Assembly (NCBI RefSeq): GCF_009914755.1
Contig: NC_060940.1
Length of the DNA: 64,000 nt
Source of the DNA: the human T2T-CHM13v2.0 reference genome, Homo sapiens
Strand: one strand, 5' to 3'
In this document: positions 15,819 through 28,350 of the stretch, in pieces
How positions within the stretch are numbered: the first letter of the stretch is position 1
Layout: each line of letters begins with the position of its first letter
The notes under the pieces: model-generated
Database searches by the model: none
What the model saw: the letters and a program-made list of their open reading frames with translations, nothing else
Told to the model about the DNA's origin: nothing
Translations under genes and position numbers: made by a program

Positions 15819-16886
15819 ATGAGACCGTAATGGGTGTCCCCATATACATATGCATGAGACCCTCAGAGGCTAGGCTGATCAGGGAAAAAGTAGTCCAAGT
15901 GTGGGGATTGGTGAGGGGGTCTGAGCTGGCCATAAGAACAGGTAGGCTCTGGGAAGATCTTAAAGAACAGTGGCCATTCCTAACAGGCAGAAAATCACAT
16001 TATATCAACACACAGCTCCTCTCCCATAGTCTGTGGCAAAGTAAGCAACCAGCAGGCAGCCTGAGTAGGGGGCCTACACCCTATACTAAAGCTGGGACCA
16101 AGGTCAGAGTTGCTGGTAGAACAAGGAGCTCTCTGGATCACACAGTACAAATGGGATTGATCCCATTCTTCAGTATCAGAATTATGGGGCTCTAGCTAAT
16201 ATTCTAAATCAATGGTCTGATTTTTAAATTGTGTGGATATTATTAAAAACAAATGCTCACCGCTATGCCTGCAACATTGCTCAGCGATTATTTCCACTGT
16301 CTGTATCTTTCCCGGCCCATGACCTCTCTCAGTGTATGTGCGCATGACAGTGACAAATCACGTAACAATTCACATTCTGTCTTTTCTCCCCACTTGGTAT
16401 TGTCACAGCCACGTGGCACCATCTTCTTCCTAATGCCATTCTAACTGTGGCCTTTTAATTAAGATCCTTGACATGAGGTAGTCCATTATCAGATTGACCA
16501 ATTCTCTGTTGGTGGATTTACTCATTTTCCTGTTGTTGACAATCCCAAAATGAACATCTTTTATTTATATAGCTTTTCTTTCCATTGACTCCTCTTCTTG
16601 GGATATATCGAGGACCTGAGTGGGGTTACTGAGTCAAAGATAATGAATGTTTTTTCTCTGGAGTCAACCGACTGCCAAAAGAGTTACACAAACGCAAACT
16701 CCCGCCGCCTTTGTGGGGTGTCCCACTGTCTTATAAGGTCTCTATCAGCTCCATGGATGACTGGGAGAGACAGCCCCTTGCAGAGCACCCACACTTACTG
16801 CTGCTCAAATCTAAGCTCTTTTCAATAAAGTTAGAAGCTGCTGTGACTCCACCTTCAACTGACCTCTTTTGCCTTCTCTTGAACAG

Positions 16887-17034
16887 ATACCTGAGGTTAT
16901 CCAAGGAGAACATTCGGACCTTGCTCAAGTTGTGCAAGGATGCAGGAATGAATGTGGATATCCACCCCCACATGGTCGAAGAGGACATAGATGCTAAAAA
17001 GGTGTTCACCGGAATACCCAGCATGGCCCTCTAA
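16887..17034 (+). CDS. C16orf78: Terminal coding exon of C16orf78
   Basis: Pyrimidine tract CTCTTTTGCCTTCTCTTGAACAG|A; CG+A completes Arg, then YLRLSKENIRTLLKLCKDAGMNVDIHPHMVEEDIDAKKVFTGIPSMAL and TAA (17032-17034). Confidence 0.9.
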
Positions 17035-17859
17035 ATAGCTCCTCTCGCCACCACCTTCAGGCTCCTTCTGTCATGGGACCCTTCACCTCCAGATGCCATC
17101 CTCTGGCACACTACAAGTGGTCCTTCCAACTTAGTGCATCCCTTTAGAAAGTAAGCAATCAGAAAACAAGCCTCGGCTGTGTGATCATTGTGCTTCCGTA
17201 AGACTGGTCCTTGACATCCGAGTCAGAACCAGCATAGGAGAAACTGGTTTTTCTCCTGACCAAAAGAAGAGTCCTTAGAAAGGGCTTCTTAGGAAGGAAG
17301 GCTTAGGAGTAAAAAAAAAAAAAAAAAAAGTGGGAGGGGTCCAGGGTCCTCAGAGGGACATTAGAAAGCACGAAGTGTAAAGGGGCTGGTTGAGAACACA
17401 CACACATGCCCCACGCCCATGGCACGACTTGGCTTTGTGGGGACTTGGCTTCCTTGTGTGCAGAGTGGGGGACTGATTGGGGCAGTGAGAGAGGGAAATG
17501 CTATCAACATATGGAGGCAAGGAAGGAGACCTTTGTGTGCTTACAACCACAGACCCCAAAAGGGGACCTGAAACCTTTCAGAGCTGGTAGGTGCCTCAAC
17601 ATCAGCAAGTCCAGGACCTTATTCATTTGAATAAAAGAAGCCACAGAGGGCAAGAAACTTGCTCAGAGTTACATAGATGAGAAACGGCAGGGTTGAGATG
17701 AAAACAGTATCTTCCCCAAGTCTCCTGCCCTGCTTTCTTGCATGACTGTGGCCAATCCTGCAGGAATTTTTTGAGACACAGCCTTCCCATCTGGGTATGC
17801 TGGCCAACCAAGGTCACAAACTCAGGCCCTTCCAGTCCCTGCAAGTGTTTCAAGCAAGT

Positions 17860-18040
17860 CTGAATCCCACGTGTCCTACTTAATAGCTGTGTGACTTTAG
17901 GAAAGTTACTTTACCTTTCTGTGCCTCTGTTTCCTCGCCTGTAGAATGGGTTTAATGACAGTATGTGCTGAGCAGGAGTGCTGTGAAGAGCACATGAGAG
18001 CTTGCATGTGAAGCAGGGAGCACAGTCAGTGACAGCCAAG
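17860..18040. mobile_element. MIR
   Basis: MIR core: GCTGTGTGACTTTAGGAAAGTTACTTTACCTTTCTGTGCCTCTGTTTCCTC. Confidence 0.75.
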
Positions 18041-19171
18041 AACTCCATACAAATGTGGGCTGTTTCGTAGTTCACTGGGGTAGACGAGGAGCTGATTTTC
18101 CAGCCGCTGCTTTTCTGAGAGGGATCCCCAAAACTAGGCACGTCAATCCCCTTGGAAAAGCTGCTAATACCAAATCCACATCTGCTCATGGCAAACCTAA
18201 ACATCTAATGATCTCTGGGCCTCCAAGAGCTAGGCCACACCCCAGAGATACTCCGGTACAGAATCTCGGCTGGGCAGCCACTACTCCAGTCTGTCTTGTG
18301 AGCAGGTTTTACTCCCTGACTCCGTATACTAAAATAGCAGGGATTTTCCTTCCATGTACTTTTAAATTTCCATATCCTACCCTGAGGTTCTAAAGTAGTC
18401 TCTTGAAGGTAAGTAGGTCTCTCCACTGAAAGTCATTGCCACTGGGGCTCAGAGAGAGGCCCTGGGGGCTGCCGGACCCACCCTCCCCTACCCCACGCCA
18501 GCCCACCCTAGGGTTGCAGTCACCACTAAGGAATACAACACCCCTCCAAGGAGCGGGCAGGCCAGAGAAGTATGAGCCCATGTAGCTTGCCTAAAGTCAC
18601 ACAGCTACTAAGCAGGACACTCGGGATCCAGCAAGCGATGTTTAGACCGAACTACAGTGAGACCCAAGCCAGAATCCAAGGAAACAGCTGCAAAGGGTTA
18701 AGCGATACTCCCTCTCTCCAGCAAATACCAGTCCCTTGGGTAGAAACAGTGCTTCAAAAAGGTGAAAGGAAACAAATTTTCTGAGCATCACAAGTGTCAG
18801 GCACTTCGTCAATATTAACTCAACCAAAATCAAATCTGAAAGCATCCTCAGAGGCCTTCACTTCAGTATCACAGACTCGGCAGCTAGGGAGAGCACCGCC
18901 AACCTCTATCCTGCATTGATGGCCCTAGCCTTCATTGCCTGGTAAATATTCACATTCAGGCAGGACTAGTGATGAGGAACAAATTAAACAACAGATAAAA
19001 TGGCCCTAAAAAGTTAAATGTCAGATATATTAACCATAGCGATGTAATGTGACAGTGACCATTTAGCCATTTCATCTTCAGACTTGTTTTTTCCACAGTT
19101 TTCTGTGATATAATTCAGTTTGATTATCTCTGCAGTATCCTTAGTGTGTCCCTTTTAAAAATGCAATAGCC

Positions 19172-19568
<397 letters not shown>

Positions 19569-20009
19569 TCATTTTTCCCCTCCACCAGCTGTATTACATG
19601 GCTGATGTGCTATACTTCCCCTGTGGTCCACTAAGACCCCTGGATCATTTTCTGAAGAGCTGGAGTCATACATCAGTTCCATTCCTCCACAACTCACTAG
19701 GAGCCCCAATGTGAGAAAGGTATTCAGAAAAAAGGGAAGCCCAGCCCTTCTGATGTCACAGAGAAGCTGAGGGAGATGCCAGCATTTTGGCCTTAATCAG
19801 GAGCTCTCCTCACTGTGTTGTGCTTGGTAGTAGCAGGAGGATGTGTGTAATCCCAAATGCTGCATCCACTCTCAGCTTCTCCAAATCCACCCAGGGCCCA
19901 CATTGTCCCTGACTTTTCACAGGTTTCGATTCATGTGCAGTCAGAGAAAGAGGGCAGACCTTGATCTCCTCTAGTCCATTGGCCTCCAGTCATATTCCTC
20001 AATCCTAAC

Positions 20010-21150
20010 ACTCAGCCATTACATAGTTACTAAGCACCCACCTATGGGTGTGTCATCCCTGCCCCTATGGGAGTCCAGGGATGCAGTCATTAAGAAAACC
20101 TGGTCCTGCCCACATGCGGTTTACAGTCCTGAAGACAGAGGAATAACAAGCTATTTGAGAGCACCACATGATGAGTGAGGTGAAGGGAATCAAATGTCCT
20201 CAGAGAACAGGGGGAGGAGGCCCTTCACCATGGACTGGGAACAGCAGATGATGGAAAAGCTTCTCAAAGGAGAAGATATCTAATGTCACACTTTTATGGA
20301 TAAATAGGAGTTTCCAAGATCTTTGTATAGGAGGAAAGAGCAGACAGAGGGAACAGAATGTACAAAGGTTCAGAGGCCAGAGACAGCGTGGCATGGCAGA
20401 AAAGCTGCAGGTAGGTCAGTCTGGATGGAGTGGATGATTAACAGGAAGCACAGTGGCAGGAGATAATATGCTCAAAGGGTTTGCAAGCTTCACGACAAAG
20501 GCTCCCCTCACCCCCGAAGGTTATTGTTATTCATTTGTTATTCATTCATTTAGCAAATATTTATTGAACACCTACTATGTGCCAGAAACTGTTATAACTA
20601 CTAAGGCCACGGCAGTGAATCAAAGCATTCCTTTGATTTGAGCTTACGTTCTAGTTGGGGACACAAATAATATGCACTTCAGCAAAAGGCTTTTTTTGCA
20701 AGTAATGACAAAGATTTTAGCAAGTAATGAGAAACTAAAAATGGTGGAATGCAAGAAAAGTGACTGGGAGGAGGGTAGGAGAGGATGGCTTTAGCCAATG
20801 TGGTCAGGCCAGGCCTCCTGGAGGAAGTGATTGGGTTGGCACCTGAAAGATGAGAAGGAGCCACCACGAGCAGACCTGAAGGGACAGCTGCAGCAGAGGG
20901 GATGGCAAAAGCCAAGGCATGTTCATGGGACTTGCAGGAAGGTCAGTGTGGTGGAAGCAGAGTGAACAAAGGAGAGAGTTGGGAGAACTGATCAGGTCAG
21001 GCCTTGGAGGCTATGGTCCTGAGTTTGGAGATCATTCTAGTTGCAACAGAAAATCATGTTGGAGGGCAATAAGTACAGGAGAGGCCCCTCTGGCTTCTGA
21101 GAGGAGAAAATATTCTGTGGGAAAGAAAGAGAAAGCCTGGAGATGATTAT
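20010..21150 (-). mobile_element. L2 fragments
   Basis: ATTCATTCATTTAGCAAATATTTATTGAACACCTACTATGTGCCAG (L2 3' end) followed by purine-rich L2 body. Confidence 0.75.
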
Positions 21151-21156
21151 GGAGGT

Positions 21157-21645
21157 ATATCAGTCAGCTACAGCTGTGTAACAAATAACCTCCAAAATAT
21201 AGTTTAAAACAACACAAATTCTCATGATTCCACTGGTCAATTGAGCATCTCTGCTGATCTTTGTTGGCCAGGCTTAGCTGAGCTAGGCTGGAGTTACACG
21301 TCTGCAGTCAGCTAGTGGGTTAACTGGGTCTGGCTGGTCTAGTGTGGCCTTGTCTGGGCTGGCTGGCCTCTGTTCCATGCAGATCTTCCTCTAACAAGCT
21401 AGCCTGGGCTTGTGCTCATGGTGGCAGCATTCCAAGAAGTACACAAGGTCTCTTGAGTACTAGGCTCAGAAATGGCACACAATCACTCCCACCTCACTCT
21501 AGTCTTCAGTGCCCAACACAAGTCCCAAGGTCAGCTCAAATTCAAGGATGGAGAAATAACCTGTACCTATAGAAGGAAAGAGTTTCAAATAACTTGGATG
21601 CAGGGAGTAGTCCAAGACTGTGGGCAATTCTGCAATCAGCCTACC
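21157..21645. mobile_element. MLT1-family (MaLR) LTR
   Basis: TCAGCTACAGCTGTGTAACAAATAACCTCCAAAA...AGTCCCAAGGTCAGCTCAAATTCAAGG...TGCAATCAGCCTACC. Confidence 0.7.
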
Positions 21646-22029
21646 TCAAGAGGCTAGTGTGCAGTTCAAGAAAGACAAGGTTGGAGGCTTAAAGTAGGAT
21701 GGCCATGACAGAAGCAAATTATTGAGAATGTATTTTGGAAGTAGAGCTGAAAGAATTTGTCACCAGGTTGAGTGTGGACAAGAGGGAGAAGACTCAGGAA
21801 TGACCCTTGAGCCATCCTTTGGCCTGAGTGACTGTCGGGTGTGCCATGAAATGCAGTGGGAAAGAGCAAAAGAGAGAAAGGCACAAGTCAGGATTTGGGT
21901 TAGAATTGGTTAGATGGGAGATGCTGCCAGTATCCATGATGTTCCAGGGGTCATGAGGAACCACTAATGGGTTTGGAGCAGGAAATGATGTGGTGAAGGA
22001 CAGATTGGAGAAGCAAGCCCAGAGACAGG

Positions 22030-22757
22030 GTACATTCGCTTCTCAGAGCTGCTAGAATGAAGTACGACAACTGGGTGGCTTAACACAACAGATTATTTCT
22101 TCTTCTTTTTTTTTTTTTTTTTTTTTTTTTGAGATAAGGTCTTACTCTGTCACCCAGGCTGGAATGCAGTGGCATGATCACAGCTCACTGCAGCCTTGAC
22201 TTCCTGGGTTTATGCAATCCTCCAACCTCAGCCTCCCTAGTAGCTGGTACTACAGACATGTACCACCACACCCAGCTATTTTTTGTAGAGACAGGGCTTC
22301 ACCATGTTGCCCAGTTGGTCTCAAACCCCTGGACTCAAGCAGTCCTCCAGCTCTGGCCTCCCAAAGTGCTGGGATTACAGGTGTGAGCCACAACACCCAG
22401 CCCAGGCATTTTTCTCACAGTTCTGGAGAGTAGAAGTCCAAAGTCCAGATGTTGGCAGGACTATGCTCCCTCCAAAACCTCTGGGGGAGAGTCTTCCTTA
22501 TCTCTTTAGCTTCTTGCAGCCACAAGCATTCCTTGGCTTGTGGCAGCACAACTCCAGTCTCTGCCCCCATCTTCACAGGGCCCTCTTCTCCATGTGCCTC
22601 TGTCTCTTTTTAAGGGCACCAGTCCTATTACATTAGAGCCCACTCTATTAACATGATTATATCTGTAAAGTCTCTGTTTCCAAATAAGATTATTCCCAGG
22701 TATCAGGGGATAGAACTTCCACACATCATTTGGAAGAACACAACCAACCCATAATAC
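22030..22757 (-). mobile_element. MLT1B/C-like LTR interrupted by AluJ
   Basis: ACTGGGTGGCTTAACACAACAGA...CTCACAGTTCTGGAG...GCATTCCTTGGCTTGTGGC...CAACCCATAATACA. Confidence 0.8.
22097..22404 (-). mobile_element. AluJ
   Basis: Poly(T) followed by a reverse Alu dimer. Confidence 0.9.
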
Positions 22758-23943
22758 AGAGACCAAAGGTGGAGTCAGAGGCCCAGGGATGGGTGGAGTA
22801 TCCCCCTATGATTCCCCTGAGTTCATGGTAGAGTTGCTGCTGGAACCCACATGCTTAACGCTCTCCTCGACCTGTCCCCACAGCCACACCCTGCTGCCCA
22901 TCTGTGCCCAGTGAAAGTGCCAGAGCTTGAGCCCCAGGCTGATGGCCCTGGGAGGCAGGCCCATCCCACTGCCTCTCCAGTGGTACATTCAGAGCCAGGC
23001 CTGGGGAGCTTCTCCCTCTGCAAACCCAAGGCCCCTGTTTGGAGACCTGTACATCAACACAAAAACCCTGTTCATGAAGTAACGTTAGCAGGAGGTCTAG
23101 CCCAGCCCCAGCTGAGCTGAATGCCACATCCTCAAGAGATTGCTTGGTGCCTCCAGAACCTCCAAGGAGGAACTGCTGTGGGAAGCCCACCTCTCAGACA
23201 CCAGATGCACCTGTAGCGCCAGACTGAAGGTTTTTCTGGGGTTCGGCGTGAACTGGAAAAGGGAAAGGAAATGAAAGCAGAGAAGAGACCTTGTCCCACT
23301 CAAAACAGCTGAGGCTACATGGCTCCCTCTGTGGGTGCAGAGTGCTTTTATTCTTGGACCTCACAAGCATAAGAAGCCTTAGATTCATGTTCCTGACATC
23401 CTGGCCAGGCGAGCCCACAGTGAGTCCTAAGATTCACAGCTTGCATTGAGAAAAGAATTTTTATCAGACAACCCCAAGCCAGCGTCCATCAGCAGACAGC
23501 ACCACCTGCAGCACACTCTAAACGGGTGTTTTACAGACTCTGAAATTGCCTTACGAATAGTATAATTCTATTGCACTCCCTAAAACAGTTACTACCAGAT
23601 ACAGAAACAGACAAACACATATACCAGGAACAGATTCACACGTGTACTATCCCCTGGTTTATGGCAAAGGTGACACTGCGGTGCAGTGGAGAAATGATGG
23701 TCTTTCCAATAAATCAGGCTGGTCAATTAAATATCCATATGGAAAAAATATTGACCCTCTGCTTCCCACCATATGCAAAAATCAATTTCAGATGGATGCA
23801 GATTGTGGAAGTTTTTAGAAGAATGGTAGATGACAATCTCCATGACCTTGGGGTAGGCAAAAAGATTTTGAACACAACACAACAAGCTCCAATAATAAAA
23901 GAAAAATGTAATAAATTGTATTATATTAGAATTCAGAATTTCT

Positions 23944-24243
23944 GGCCAGGTGCAGCGACTCACACTTGTAATCCCAGCACTTTAGGAGGTTGAAGTAGAA
24001 GGAACACTTGAGGCCAGGAGTTCAAGACCTGCCTGGGCAACATAGTAAGACCTATCTATACAAAAGGAAACTTTATTTAATTAGCCAGGGATGGTGGTGG
24101 ATGCCTGTAGTCCCAGCTACTCAGGAGGCTGAGGTGGTAGGATCACTTGAGCCCAGGAGGTTAAGGCTGCAGTGAGCCACGATCATGCCACTGCACTCCA
24201 GCCTAGACAACAGAGCAAGACCCTGTCTCAAGAAAAGAAAAGA
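23944..24243 (+). mobile_element. AluJ
   Basis: Dimer with GGATCACTTGAGCCCAGGAGGTTAAGGCTGCAGTGAGC; TSD-like AGAATTTCT on both sides. Confidence 0.9.
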
Positions 24244-24740
24244 ATTTCTACTTATCCAAGACATCACTAAGAGAGTGAAAAGGCCAGCAACACAAGCAAG
24301 AGAAGATATTTCTTCTGACAACATATCTGACAAAGGACTCCTATCCAGGTGATATATTTTTAACTCCTATATATATTGGTAAGAAAAAGGCAGGTCACTC
24401 AGTGGAAAAAATAGGCAAAAGCTTCTATTAGTATAGAAACTTCACAAAAGAGGATAGCCAAGTGACCAATAAACATAAAAAATGTCATTAATCATCAGGA
24501 TATGCAAGTTATAAAACACGATGCAGAATCACTACGCACACACTAGAATGGCTGAAGACTGGCAATGGCAAAGCCCATTGGTGAGAATCTGGAGCAATCA
24601 GAACTCTCACACTCTTGCCATTGCCCTGCAGGTTGGCACAACCACTTAGGAAAACTGGGAGCATCCAGTAAAGTTGAATATACACTCCTCTATGGTCTGG
24701 TATTTCCTATGCATACATACTGAACAGAACTGCATGCACA

Positions 24741-25177
24741 TGTGCACCAATAGATGTAAGCACCAATGGACGTGTGCACCAATAGACGTGTGCACCAATG
24801 GATGTGTGCACCAATAGACGTGTGCACCAATAGACGTGTGCACCAATGAACGTGTGCGCCAATAGATGTGTGTGCCAATGGACGTGTGCGCCAATAGACG
24901 TGTGCGCCAATAGATGTGTGTGCCAATGGACGTGTGCGCCAATAGACGTGTGCATCAATAGACGTGTGCGCCAATGAACGTGTGCATCAATAGACGTGTG
25001 CATCAATGGACGTGTGCGCCAATGAACGTGTGCACCAATAGACGTGTGTGTTAATGGACATGTGCGCCAATGGATGTATGAACCAATGGACGTATGCGCC
25101 AATGGACGTGTGCACCAATGGACGTGTACACCAATAGACGTGTGCGCCAATGGATGTGTGCACCAATAGACATGTGC
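24741..25177. repeat. Minisatellite, 27 x 16 bp, consensus TGTGCRCCAATRGACG
   Basis: Units counted in exact 16-bp register from 24741 to 25172 with no indels, plus a partial TGTGC. Confidence 0.97.
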
Positions 25178-27499
25178 TAACTTTTGCAGCAACTTTATTC
25201 TATATAACCAAGAACTGGAATCAACCCAAATATCCATCAGTCAACAGTAGAAAGCATATCTTGCAGTATAATCATGCAATGGAATACCGCATGAAAACAA
25301 GAATGACCAAACAATACGGATGCATTATACACAACGTATTCTGCAAAAGTAGCAAAATACAAAAAAGAACACCTGTGGAGTTCCATTTATACAACCTTCA
25401 ACCCAGGCCAAAAAAAAAAAAAAATAGAACCTAGACCTAATCTATAGTGTTGGAAGTCAGGATGGTGGCTATCCTTGGAAGAGGGGGTATGTGATCCACC
25501 GGAGGCCAGTTAGCTTAGAAAATTCATTGAGCTGTGCACTTGGGATTTATGCCCTTTATATGGGTATATTGTACTTTAGTTAAAAGTACATTTTAAAAAG
25601 AAATATACTAAGTGTTTTTTGTTTAAAAAAAAGTTCCGGTTTCGTTTGCTAAAAACAATAGGCTCCTCAATGGTGAAGCTATTCTAGTTCCTTCCACCTC
25701 CCAGAGGCAGAGGCTAAACCTAAGTCCCTTAAGGCCTGGCGCATGTCCTCCAGGTGTGCAATGACTGTGGCAGGGCGTGGCCTTGTGCAGCTGCTGGAGT
25801 AAATTTCTCCCCTTCCATTTCTTTCCCTCCTCTTGCCCTTCCCCTTCCCCTTCCCTTCCTGCGCCACCAGGTGGGGCTCTATCACAGCAGAAGGCTACTC
25901 TCCTGACGGTGTCCACGCTGTCTGGCCCGGCTGCTGGCAGAGCCGTCAGCCTATCCAAGGGGAAGCCGGGCCCTCGAGCCTAAGCCTCGGGTAGATGAAC
26001 ACAAGCCCAGCTACTCACTAACATCACTTTTCTGAGACTTCAATTCTTTTCCTCCAAATCGGGGCAAGAAATGCAAGTTAAAATAACCATGAGGTACCAC
26101 TCTATGAGACTGAAACATGTTAGAAAGCTAGGGAAGGCCAATGTTGGCACAGACGTGGAAACGAAGGAAGCTTCATGCCTTGCAGTAGGAGTGTGGGCCA
26201 CTGCAGCCGCTCTAGGTTAAATTACACATGGACACTGCAGGGACCTAGCAAGCAGCCCCACTCCTGGACGTATATTCCAAAGTTCTATCCCAGGAGATCT
26301 ATTTAAGGACACTAGCACTGGCAGGAATGTCTGGGTGCTGGTGGATGGCAAAACAAGGTGAGTGAAAAAGATGGGAAACAGGATGAGAAGGGACACTCTA
26401 GTCTTAACACAAACTGAAAATACACACATACAACAACACACTGCTTACAAGAACACATGCAAATACATTCAGACAGCTGGAAAAGGATTGGGAAGGGAAG
26501 AAGGAAGAAATGAAGGAAGGAAGGGAGGAGAAATAAAATGTGAAAGAAAATACCAAGTTTCAAGTGTTGGCGTGAAAAGAAGAATCCAAGGGAAGTTTCA
26601 AGAGTCTCTAGCACTTAGCAGGCACCCAGGAAATTTTCATTTTCTACATGTGCCTTTAAGCACTAACATTTATTGAGTGCCTACTGTGTTTTAGGCAATG
26701 TGCCAGGCTTCGTAATACAGTAATGAACAAAGACCAAAAAATGAAAATTCCTGCCACTGTAGTAGCTTTGAGACTTATTCCACAAACTTGAGTATAGGAG
26801 AAATGGCAGAGCCCCCTAAATCAAATCACTAAAAATCTGATTTCATGCCCCTGTTGAGCTGGACTGGTGGAAATTCAATTTCCATCCCTTAGTGGGGCTC
26901 CGTCTCTTACACCCCCAAGGTCCTGGACAGAGCAATACCTTGGGGTAGGTGCCAACCTATACTGGTCACTGCTGAATTGCTGCAGGTCACAGCCCAAAAA
27001 GTTCACAAAGTCTCCACTCACAACAACCACTTCTCTACCCCCTACCCCCACCACTGCCATGCTTTCTTCTGAGGCTTATGCCTTCCTCTCACCCCAGTTC
27101 TCACCTCAAAGAGCATGGGCTTCCAGACCAACACAGGCAGGCTGTCTGCAGATCCCTTCAACTCCCTGCTTGGCAGCAGAACCTTTCTGTGGCAGGTAAC
27201 TGAGCGCAAAGCTACTCTCCTCTGGGAAGGTGGGCAAGGGAGGGAGACAGAGAACAAAGGTCATCAATCTCAGGCTTTCAAAATCTTCTCCAAGACGATG
27301 AACAAAACACAAGTCAAAATCACAAGAAGCAGCCCTGACTTCATTCTTATTTCTAGGATTTTAATTTACCCAATATGCACTGGTTGAGCACTTACTGAAT
27401 GACGTGTGTTCCAGGGCCTAATATGAGTGGTGTGGTTTCTGATGACATGTGAAGATGATGCTAGCAATGGCTGCACCTAACTTTGGCAAAAAAAGGAAA

Positions 27500-27635
27500 A
27501 TATATGTGCATGTGTATATGTATGTATGTTTATATATGTATTGGTGCATGTGCATGTGGTGTGCATACGTGTGTGTTTATATGTATATATGTATATACGT
27601 ATATGTGTGTGTGTGTTCCTACGTGTGTGTGCGTG
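27500..27635. repeat. (TA/TG)n low-complexity microsatellite
   Basis: Degenerate alternating purine-pyrimidine tract. Confidence 0.9.
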
Positions 27636-27844
27636 ATGTCAAGTAGCTTCTGGAAATCAGTCCAATCATTTCCTGGTCTAGTCTCTCTGGTTCAAGATAC
27701 AAATTCCAGAAAGAGGGTCTCATTGTCCTCTCTAGGGTCAAGGCCCCCATCCCTTGGCCCAGGGAAGATGGAGCACCTAAAGTGCCAGTTCTACCAAGGC
27801 CACACACAGTGGACGAAGGGTAGTTTCTGAGGAGAACTGAGATA

Positions 27845-28350
27845 CTTATTGGTTCTTTTGCTGGCTAATAATTTCTCCCCAAACAATAACAAATATGTAT
27901 CATCCCACATGGTTCCTGTGGGTCAGGAACACAGTGGGGTAGCTGGGTCTGTGATGAGGTTGGTGTCAATCTGTCAGCAGAGCTGCAGTCATCCAAAGGA
28001 CTGGCTGGGCTGGAGGATCCGTTTCCAAGGTGGCTTAGTCTCACAGCTGGCCAGCTGGTGCTGGCTGTTGGCTGAAGGTTTCAACACCTCTCCACATGGG
28101 CCTCTTCATGGGGCTACTTGAGTGTCCTGACAACATGGCGGTTGGCTTCGCCTGAGCAACCAGCCCAAAAGGGAACAGGGCAGAAGCTAGAGGGCCCTTG
28201 TTGCTGTCCCCTGGGAAGTCACACACCCTGCTGCATTGCCTCACTTCTGTAATGTCCTGTTAGTCACACAACTCAGCCCTGGTCAGTGTGGGAGGGAACA
28301 ACACAAGGGTGTGGAGACCAGGAGCCAAGCATCACTGGGGGCCATGGTGA
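27845..28350. mobile_element. MLT1-family LTR
   Basis: TCCCACATGGTTCCTGTGGGTCAGGAA...GGAGGATCCGTTTCCAAGGTGGC...GAGTGTCCTGACAACATGGC...GCATCACTGGGGGCCAT. Confidence 0.72.

Larger units (their letters stand above)
23590..25600 (+). mobile_element. Old L1M 3' ORF2/3' UTR region; hosts an Alu and the 16-bp minisatellite
   Basis: CCATATGCAAAAATCAATTTCAGATGGAT, CATATCTGACAAAGGACT, AAGAACTGGAATCAACCCAAATATCCATCA. Confidence 0.8.

Noticed and set aside
16711-16886. 5' part of the 107-aa ORF 16711-17034
   Set aside because: Intronic read-through upstream of the acceptor at 16886/16887; only 16887-17034 is exon.
17311-17329. A-run as the tail of a processed pseudogene
   Set aside because: The upstream coding sequence is split by a GT-AG intron and no TSD is evident, so this is the parent gene.
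24741-25177. Regular array as a possible CRISPR-like locus
   Set aside because: Units are head-to-tail with no unique spacers, the DNA is eukaryotic, and no cas-like ORFs are present.
24646-25237. His-rich repetitive ORFs on the - strand (176, 98 and 94 aa; HTSIGAHVHW repeats)
   Set aside because: They are translations of the 16-bp minisatellite (3 units give a 16-aa period in every frame). There is no promoter or splice context and the flanks are L1.
27449-27830. Cys/Val/Tyr-rich ORFs
   Set aside because: Translation of the (TA/TG)n low-complexity tract.
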